Below are positions 1-7,797 of a DNA stretch of 20,874 bases, in pieces. The DNA is from Azolla caroliniana (Eukaryota > Plantae > Polypodiophyta): assembly GCA_043228905.1 (NCBI GenBank), contig JBHGNT010000554.1, positions 1-20,874 of the forward strand, given 5' to 3'. The notes under the pieces were generated by a model. The model had not been told where the DNA came from. It did not search any database and saw only the letters and a list, made by a program, of their open reading frames with translations. Each line of letters opens with the position of its first letter. The first letter of the stretch is position 1. The translations under genes and the position numbers were made by a program.

Positions 1-560
1 ATATGTGAGCATTGGGTAATGGTGAGGTTGGATGGTTTGCACTACCATCATTTTTGTTTTCTCCACATTCATTGCTAGTCCACTACTATGGCAAAATTCT
101 TCTAATACCCCAAGTAAATGTTACATACGATCAACATCATATGAGAAGAGTACCACATCATCTAGATATAAAAGCAATAAGATAACATGTTGCATCAAGT
201 TGGGGGCATTCAATCCTTCTTCTCTTGCAACCTTATTCACCACTTCTTATTTATCAATACATAACCCAAAGAGTGTGGGTGATAGTGGACATCCTTGCTT
301 GACCCCCAAAGTGCTTTGAGAATCCACTATCCATTTTTAGTTGGCATTTAACTTGTTCATATAGGCGTGCAACAACAACTCGGTACTCTAATGGCATGAC
401 AATCTCTACCATTCTATTCCAAAGCTCACTTCGTGGTATGGTATCAAAAGCTTTCTTGAAATCAACAAAACAACAATAAAGTATTTTTCCTTGTAGTCGA
501 CTCTCTTCCATGATTACTCTCAATGTAACCAAATGATCCACGGTGGAGTGTTTTGGTCTA
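1..560 (-). mobile_element. Non-LTR retrotransposon (RTE/L1-like) reverse transcriptase fragment, frameshifted
   Basis: Minus-strand translation gives DHLVTLRVIMEE...CCFVDFKKAFDTIPRSELW (RT motif), then after a frameshift GVKQGCPLSPTLFGLCID and LLLYLDDVVL (YxDD); runs off the window edge. Confidence 0.85.
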
Positions 561-1289
561 ATGACTAATGACTAAGAAGGAAGAGAAGGAGAACAAATGA
601 CTTAAACTATGAATTCCATAACTGGTGTTGTTTAGCTTGATTGAAATAAAAGAGAACACATATTTATACAAGGTTGGAGAGGCGTGCATGGAAAGAAAGT
701 TCTAGAGATGTCCATGCTTTAGTGGATTCTAGATTATGCAAGAACAACTATCCTATGTAATAGATGCATTATTTTTTGGGATATAAAAATTATATCCAAA
801 TGGTTAATGTTATTCCTTATGTGGGAGGGTATCAAGCTCCAATCTTGGTAGGTATGTGCATTAGAGATCAAGGATTTTATTTTTGGCTATGAAACACGGG
901 CTCTAAGCAAAAGCAACTTCTAAATGTTCTCTATGTAAAACAAAGAGGGAAGTGACATAGAGCAAACAATAGACATTATGATATATAAGAATGATGAGGA
1001 GGAGGGATAACAAGAATATCTATGCAAAGGCACACACACAACAAACGAGAAGGTTAAAACAAGAACAATAGGAACGTTAGAATGTGATGAACATTACCTT
1101 AATGATTGAGTGCGTAAAATGATTCATTTATAATAGTCTGACTTTGTTATATGTTCATGACATTTTTTATTTATGTCCTTATATGAGATCATAAATAACT
1201 TATGATTATAACGACCAAAGTCCAAACAACGAAATGATATATAACTTTTTGCATAGCTAATAAGTAGGTAAAGGTCACAAATGGTTTTG

Positions 1290-1313
1290 TACATACATAC
1301 ATACATACATACA

Positions 1314-1341
<28 letters not shown>
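1290..1341. repeat. (TACA)n microsatellite followed by CA-rich low-complexity sequence
   Basis: About 13 perfect TACA units; explains the MYVC-repeat ORFs. Confidence 0.95.
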
Positions 1342-1347
<6 letters not shown>

Positions 1348-2039
1348 CAGGTGTGCGTGCGTGTGAACGTCACTACAGCACATGTGTGTAAACTAATTCG
1401 AAAAGTATAGCCCCCCAAAACTATAAACCAATAGCAAACACATTCACACATAAAGCAAATAATCACACACATATACACGAAAACATACATGCAAAAACAC
1501 ACACATAAGAACATCAAGTACAATTACAAACTTTCATGTGCACACATGATTCACTATAAACACAGACTTGATAGCACATGCACTCACACTCGAGTATATA
1601 CAGACACATGCAAGAGTGCACATGGCACACACTCAATTAACTAAATACATTGTTACACATATCTTCATCATACCAACAATAATTTTGTAAGAAAACAACC
1701 ACATTCCTACACACTCAAAATGGAAAACAAGCTCAATAACCAATGCAGAAAACACATGTTTGTAAGTGATCCCAACTAATCCAAAATCAAAAGCTTGATT
1801 TAAAGAAGAATTAAGGCGTGCCACCTTACTAATGCAAAATCCCACAACTCTTCATCAACAAGCCACCTTTCACATGTAAGCATTAATTCTTGCAAAACAT
1901 GTTTTGCCATATGATTGATACACCCAAATCAATGGACTACTTGTTGTCCTTGCTAGACGCTAATTTTGCTTTGTGATTCATGAACGTTTGTCATAATTAA
2001 TTTGGTCAATGATATTGACTTAGTTGGTGAGATGTCAAC

Positions 2040-2340
2040 CATTAGCAACATCACTCTTTTTCTTTCAATAATCTACATTTTATGGTCAAGCTTGTCACAA
2101 TTGCAACATTGTAGATTCCCCTTCTTCACAACTTTCCTCTTCATCTTTGCTTTTATGTTTAAGTTTGAGAGTCCATTTTGTGAATGTCCTTCTCCATAAT
2201 TGCAGCATATGTCAGCCAATTTTCCTCTTCTTTTGTAGTGTTGTCAACATCTGAGTGTGTGTAGAGCATTTGGCTCATTTCACTGATGTTCTTGGTGTTA
2301 GCATTGTGATATTTCTCTTGTGACAATGGAAGTCCTTCAT
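2040..2340 (-). pseudogene. Possible degraded LTR-retrotransposon gag remnant (zinc knuckle)
   Basis: Minus strand near 2075-2150 reads AKMKRKVVKKGNLQCCNCDKLDHK, resembling a CxxCxxxxH zinc knuckle after a basic stretch; stops nearby. Confidence 0.35.
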
Positions 2341-2359
2341 GGGCCATGAATTGTTGTGA

Positions 2360-2587
2360 GAGATCGGAAAACATAACTTCACCATCTCAACTTTGTTTAC
2401 ATTTACCTCATGGAAAGAGATCGCAAAACATAACTTCACCTTCTCATCTTTGTTTACTTTTACATTATAGAAAGAGATCGCAAAACATAACTTCACCATC
2501 TCATCTTTGTTTACTTTTACATTATGGAAAGAGATCGCAAAACATAACTTCACCATCTCATCTTTGTTTACTTTTACATTATGGAAA
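2360..2587. repeat. 57-bp tandem repeat, 4 copies
   Basis: Unit gagatcgcaaaacataacttcaccatctcatctttgtttacttttacattatggaaa starts at 2360, 2417, 2474 and 2531. Confidence 0.95.
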
Positions 2588-2626
2588 GAGAATCACATAA
2601 TCGCTTCTAGAATGGATCAGGGATAG

Positions 2627-3108
2627 TGATGCAATGTGATTTCTACCCAATGCTCTGAATGTCAAAGTGAAGAAATTAAACCACGCATAGGTAAACATAA
2701 CTATAACTCCATTAAAGTAGCCAAAATTCTTGTCATCTAATTAGTAACGCGCATGAATGGATTAATGAGATTCTCAATTGTCCCTATCTACCAAAACCGC
2801 AACCAAGGGAACATGCTTGAAAGAATCAACAACGAAAGAAGACCTTGTTGAGCATGGCTCTAGTCTAACTTTGTGAGATGACTTGAGAGGTGTTGGGATC
2901 CATTGGCATAAGTGGAACACCACTACTTTTACGTTATTTTACTTACTTCGTGAGGTGGATCCAAGGCTCAACCCTTGGTTTTGGTTTTAAGGTATCCTTG
3001 CATGTTGATCCAGGCCGAAGACATTGTTAGGTAGGGGAGTTTGGTGAGGCGGTGCATATGTTAAAAGGTAATAATAACACAAATGTCCTAAAATGAGCTC
3101 AACAAGAA
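2627..3108 (+). pseudogene. Degenerate nuclear LSU (26S/28S) rRNA fragment
   Basis: Collinear match to conserved eukaryotic LSU blocks recalled from memory: gcaatgtgatttct..ctctgaatgtcaaagtgaagaaatt, gtagccaaa..gtcatctaattagt..cgcgcatgaatggatta, gaaagaagacc.tgttgagc, ccactactttt.acgttattttacttact, ggggagtttgg, tgtcctaa.atgagctcaac; many substitutions and deletions. Confidence 0.9.
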
Positions 3109-3620
3109 GTTATAGTCATTAATGGATATACCTTTTTATCGAATAACATTCAACTCTTGTCAAGGTTGAATATCTGATGTGGTTGTGTTGACAAGATATC
3201 CTCTAGATATATCCTCTTTAATTTTCCCATGCTTCCTTCAGCACAAAACCTAGCTTGTGGCCATTCATGTATATCACAAGAAAAACCAGATTCACACGAC
3301 TTGCACCTTGAATCATATTTCTCCAGAAGGATTAACGAGACTCATATCTTGAAGTGTTGCACTTCCAAGGGTCATTATCAAGTCTCAATGGGTCGCCTTC
3401 CTCTCATGGGTTAACCGAAGGATTGTGGAAGTCACTCTCTAATGGCAAAGAACACGTCAAATAACAACACATTAAAGCACTTACCTCTCCACTTCATGCA
3501 ACTGTGGTATCATAAAGTCTGTGTCTCACGTGCATGAACAAGCACTAAGCCTCTACCCATAGACCTGGTGATGGAGAACGAAAAGATAATTAGATTTCAA
3601 CCCTACTTTTGAGACATTTT

Positions 3621-3836
3621 TGTAAGGATTCGACCGGCCACAACCGGTTTACGTTCGTATTCGTATGCAGAAAAGCAAGAACTAGTACACAGACAAGAAA
3701 AACGCGCAGACACAGATATTTTACATGGAAAACCCGAAATGGGAAAAACCACGGGGGTCCACAAACCCCAAGAAAAACATATCATTATAATAGAGAGGAA
3801 GTTCAAATACAGAACTTCAGGCAACGACCTCGAGTT
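3621..3836 (-). mobile_element. LTR-like sequence, left part (interrupted by the DNA transposon)
   Basis: Starts TGTAA; contains tacatggaaaacccgaaatgggaaaaaccacggg, a motif I associate with plant Copia LTRs in reverse orientation; continues after the TSD at 13119. Confidence 0.45.
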
Positions 3837-3872
3837 AACACGTTCGCGTTCACAAGTGGAAGGATCGCGCAT
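3837..3872 (+). repeat. Left terminal inverted repeat
   Basis: aacacgttcgcgttcacaagtggaaggatcgcgcat; reverse complement of 13079-13114 apart from one base (C vs T at 3866, in a CpG). Confidence 0.95.
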
Positions 3873-4194
3873 AAATGGAAGGATAAGGGAAATTTTAGGG
3901 GTTTTTCAATGATTTTACAAAACACATTGATACCAGTATCATACAAGTTCAAACATACTATGAAAAAGGTTTAAAATCCACTATTTTCGTGATTTAGAAG
4001 TAACTAAAAAAAGACGAATTTCAAAAACATACATTCTCAATTTATATCACAAACTTTACAACCAATGTTATTTTATAAGAAACGATTTTTGGGAAATCAT
4101 AAGAATTCAAAACACATGATTTTATATTACTCGATTTGTTACAAGCGGAATGTAGTTACACTTAATAGCCAAATATACATTCATGATCACTCCT

Positions 4195-6975
4195 TTACGG
4201 AGAATCACTACTATAACTAATATACAATGACGATTCCTCCTCATCATCCTCGGATGTACCAATCAGTGCATTATCTTCGTCATAAACCAAATGGTTTGAC
4301 TCTAGATTATATGTAGCAGATCTCGTTTGCCTTTGACTCGAGCCACCTTGTAGACCTGGTAATTTTTCTTTTATTATATCTATTGTTGACTTCCTTAATC
4401 GTCCGGCTTTTGTAAGTGTGAAGTCGTACACGATGATATCCACATCAGAGATATCAAGCGTCGAGGTGTTACGAATGTTTCGCTTCCTCTTCCTACCTCC
4501 CCTTCTTGTTTGGCATTCAATCATCTCCAATGTATACTTACCTGTAAAAGCATTTGCACTTCTAGTGTTGTACCAATGAACATTTATAGACTTGATCGTG
4601 TTTTCTATTTCATGCATTAGCACTTCTAGAATTTTACCAACCCAAAATTGGTGGCCATGTGAGTTCTCATCAGCCGGCGTTGCAATCAACATCCCCGCGG
4701 TGAGCTCTTGCAAATTTCCTTGCCATCTAGCTTCGGCTGCTTTGGTCATCCTTGGTCCCACATAAATGTCTCTTTGTTGTGGACGGACCAAGCTGTCATT
4801 AATCGCATTTACTAGTCGCTCCGGACTTCTATTTACGCGATCATGTTGCAGCGACCATGTGAATGGCGTTTCCAAATTCCAATTATCAACAGATACACAA
4901 TTGTCTATAATTTCTTTCTGATCACTATAAAATACATCCCACCATGACGTGTCTTGTTGTGCGGCATATTTCTTGGCGGCCTCAATATGTTTTCTTTTTT
5001 CTTCTAAGGCTTGGAGCCATGACCGTTTTTGTTCTAATACCAAGTCGCTCTGCAACTGTCCTTTCTTCTCAATTGGCATTTGCTTAGCTCCATGGACAAT
5101 TGTACTCGGCATACAAAGTAATAACTGGCAACCACCTTCAGGTTCCCATGTTGTAGAAGATGAATATTGTTTAGCATACAAAAGTGTAGAACCACTTATT
5201 CCATTTTTCTTTATCAAAAAAATGTGATTGAAACTTATATTGTTTAACTGAGCAAGCACTTTAACATTCCCACCACCCCCATCTAATATATATCTCTTAA
5301 AGTCATATACCTCCTTCAAGTGTAACACTTTTGGGCGTGGTGTATATGCATCACAAATGACATCAAATAGTTTAGGTAAAGTGAAAGCATCATGCCGAGA
5401 CAACTGTCTGGAGAATGTGCTAAACATCTGATCTATATGGTCATGTGTGTGGCCAACCAAAAGGAAATTGACTTTCACTTTCCTAAACAATTCTAGGTTG
5501 ACCAACATACTTAGATAGCCAAATACAGTTGAATTTTTGTTCTCTCTAGCAGTATTGTCCAATTGAATGTATAGAACAGGGGGGAAAGGTTGTCCCCAAG
5601 ACATCAAAACTCGGTGAATCACTGTAACTGTTAGGTTAGGGTCATTGTGAACATTGGGGTAAGTAATGAAGACGTGAGGTCGAACAGACCTATTATAAGC
5701 CAAGCATCCCACCAAGTGCATTTGAACAAGGCACTCATCATTGACATCTTTGGGGAGCCTCCGCATATGCGGCAAGCATGTCTTCTTCTGGTCCATGCCA
5801 TCTATCATTAAGCACATGTATTGTTCAGGCCTCTTCAAACACTTCTCTCTATGATGCATCGCCTTCCTTCGTTCTAAGGATTGTGCCTCACGATGCTCTT
5901 GTAGTAACTTCTTACTCGTATCCTTTTCCATTGATGTCTTTGCACCTTTAGCCAAACTTTTAAGATTTGCACAAATGGAGCAATAACCCATACGTACTTT
6001 ACGAGGAATAATAACATTTGAAAACCGAGCTCTCCATAATCTTGTGAATTGGCTATAGGTGATAGCCTTATTACGTGAGCCCAGCATTTCAGATCGATAG
6101 ACATCATAAACTTCCCGACGGGTATAATTATCAGAAAGATGCATCCTACCTGTAGTGGGCATTACTTCACAATTTAACTGAAAGTAAGTTTTCATCCAGC
6201 CAATAGCTAGTCTTCCAATTGCACCTTTCATACTTGGAACCTCTTTACAATTGAGCATCTGATCCCCGCTAAGTAGACGTTGTTGTACTCTATGTAGCCG
6301 CATGTTACTAACACATAACACAATTTTGAATGCAACTCTACATATCTGTTGCGCATGGAAGATATAATACTCGAATGATACTTTGATCCCCGTACATTTG
6401 TCAGATACTAGTTGCATATGTGATCCGAGGTAAGTGTCTTGCTCATCACCGGTCATCGAAAAATAGTATCGCCTTAATTCTCGCAACTTTGATTTTCCAA
6501 TCATAGACATACAACCACGGGCACAACATATTTTGTTGACATCAAATCCAATCTGTTTATCTGATGTCACCAAGCTAAATCTAGCCAGACGAATTCTTCG
6601 TGGGATTCTTCTAATATGCATAGGGCTCCCAGATTTCTCTTCCTGCATAGAGGTTGGTGTAACCTTGTTACAGTCTAATTCTCTGTTCTGACCATCGCCA
6701 ATGTTATTCAATGTTTCCTGGGCACTTCCTTCATTCTCGGTATCTTTATTAATATCGTATTCTTCAATAGAGAACTCTTCACATGTGTCATTATTTACAT
6801 TCCCTGTAGATGAGCTCAAACAATATTCTTCGATAGAATATGGTGAGTCGGTCGAAAGACAATATTCTTCAATCGAATATGGTGACTCTGTTGACAAACA
6901 ATACTCTTCAGTAGAAAACGATGGGTCTGATGACAAACAATATTCTTCAATCGAGAACGGTGAATCTTCACTCAT
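4195..6975 (-). CDS. 926-aa Sola-like (DUF7869-type) DDD transposase with N-terminal acidic repeats and a C-terminal Tudor/BAH-like region
   Basis: Single uninterrupted ORF inside the TIRs; motifs CCARGC, QICRVAFKIVLCVS (Cys/HTH-like), CSIC, MIDGMDQKK (D392/D395), YIQLDNTARENKN (D473), FLLVGHTHDHIDQMFS (D512/D515); C-terminal FWVGKILEV...INVHWYN. Confidence 0.85.
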   Translation of the reverse strand: MSEDSPFSIEEYCLSSDPSFSTEEYCLSTESPYSIEEYCLSTDSPYSIEEYCLSSSTGNVNNDTCEEFSIEEYDINKDTENEGSAQETLNNIGDGQNRELDCNKVTPTSMQEEKSGSPMHIRRIPRRIRLARFSLVTSDKQIGFDVNKICCARGCMSMIGKSKLRELRRYYFSMTGDEQDTYLGSHMQLVSDKCTGIKVSFEYYIFHAQQICRVAFKIVLCVSNMRLHRVQQRLLSGDQMLNCKEVPSMKGAIGRLAIGWMKTYFQLNCEVMPTTGRMHLSDNYTRREVYDVYRSEMLGSRNKAITYSQFTRLWRARFSNVIIPRKVRMGYCSICANLKSLAKGAKTSMEKDTSKKLLQEHREAQSLERRKAMHHREKCLKRPEQYMCLMIDGMDQKKTCLPHMRRLPKDVNDECLVQMHLVGCLAYNRSVRPHVFITYPNVHNDPNLTVTVIHRVLMSWGQPFPPVLYIQLDNTARENKNSTVFGYLSMLVNLELFRKVKVNFLLVGHTHDHIDQMFSTFSRQLSRHDAFTLPKLFDVICDAYTPRPKVLHLKEVYDFKRYILDGGGGNVKVLAQLNNISFNHIFLIKKNGISGSTLLYAKQYSSSTTWEPEGGCQLLLCMPSTIVHGAKQMPIEKKGQLQSDLVLEQKRSWLQALEEKRKHIEAAKKYAAQQDTSWWDVFYSDQKEIIDNCVSVDNWNLETPFTWSLQHDRVNRSPERLVNAINDSLVRPQQRDIYVGPRMTKAAEARWQGNLQELTAGMLIATPADENSHGHQFWVGKILEVLMHEIENTIKSINVHWYNTRSANAFTGKYTLEMIECQTRRGGRKRKRNIRNTSTLDISDVDIIVYDFTLTKAGRLRKSTIDIIKEKLPGLQGGSSQRQTRSATYNLESNHLVYDEDNALIGTSEDDEEESSLYISYSSDSP
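6821..6970 (-). repeat. 39-bp (13-aa) coding tandem repeat, 4 copies, at the transposase N-terminus
   Basis: caata(t/c)tcttc at 6821, 6860, 6899 and 6938; protein [S/D]P[FY/S]S[IT]EEYCLS x4 plus a partial FSIEEY copy. Confidence 0.9.
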
Positions 6976-7250
6976 GGCTTAAGGTCTAGATAGGGCTCTC
7001 TAAGTTATACTCCTCTCTAACCATATACTCCTCCCTAAACATAAACTTCTTTCTAAACAAAAGCCAAATCAATAGAATGTCTATATTATGTAATATTCTA
7101 TTAATACAATACATCTAAAAATTATTTTTAATAAAGTAATTTAACTTAAATTATCAATCATTATATAAACTAGATCTAAATGATGTTAAATCAAGTAAAA
7201 TATAAAACTAATCATTAACAAGCCTTGAATATGTTGGATTAATGTTAAAA

Positions 7251-7435
7251 TCATTGGCTAATTAATGACACCCATTTTGATATAGAACGTCTCACTCATT
7301 GGTTCTTTAATGCTCACCATTTTAAATATTAGACTTATCAATCATTGGTTAATTCATGCCCACATCTTTAATACATAACATTTGAGAGTCATAAAAATTG
7401 TTGCTTTTAGTAATCAATCATTGGTACATTCATGA
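7251..7435. promoter_or_regulatory. Degenerate ~45-bp repeats, each with ATTGG (CCAAT on the minus strand), in the divergent promoter region
   Basis: tcattgg at about 7251, 7296, 7342 and 7418, each followed by an ..atg..cat-like tail. Confidence 0.45.
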
Positions 7436-7646
7436 ACCTCTATCATTGTCTCCTTCATAACCTTTGAAGTGATTGTAGGTTGTTATGAGTATAAAAGATT
7501 GATCAATATGTTAGTTTGACTTTGTAATCATTAATACAATCATAAGTTACTATAGTTAATGTGACTATGGTTACAAACTAACTATCCTCAAAGTTACCAA
7601 CATTGGTTAAGGTGACTATGGTTACTTTAACCATGGGTTCAATCCC

Positions 7647-7654
7647 TATAAATA
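7647..7654 (+). promoter_or_regulatory. TATA box of the ParB-methyltransferase gene
   Basis: (c)TATAAATA about 150 nt upstream of ATG 7798 (context accATGt), followed by a 5' UTR-like region. Confidence 0.65.
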
Positions 7655-7680
7655 GGAAGACCTCATCATATTTCACTCAC

Positions 7681-7767
7681 CAGAGCGTACAGAGCGTACA
7701 GAGCACACAGAACGCAGAGAGCACACAGAGCACACAAAGCACTCAGAGCACAAAGCACGAAAGCGCG
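7681..7767 (+). repeat. 9-bp degenerate tandem repeat (cagagcRYa)n in the predicted 5' UTR
   Basis: cagagcgta cagagcgta cagagcaca cagaacgca gagagcaca cagagcaca caaagcact cagagcaca... Confidence 0.85.
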
Positions 7768-7797
7768 ATCTCCGCCTCCACTTCAACACGATCAACC

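Noticed and set aside
565-790. Possible LTR fragment
   Set aside because: Composition is suggestive, but no termini, TSD or partner copy could be identified.
1124-1523. MYVC-repeat ORFs
   Set aside because: Translations of the (TACA)n microsatellite and CA-rich sequence.
2627-3108. Functional rRNA gene
   Set aside because: Partial, with deletions and substitutions in universally conserved positions.
3835-3838. TTAA target site (piggyBac/Sola3-like)
   Set aside because: The right side reads TTAG; AGTT gives a perfect duplication with the longer TIR.
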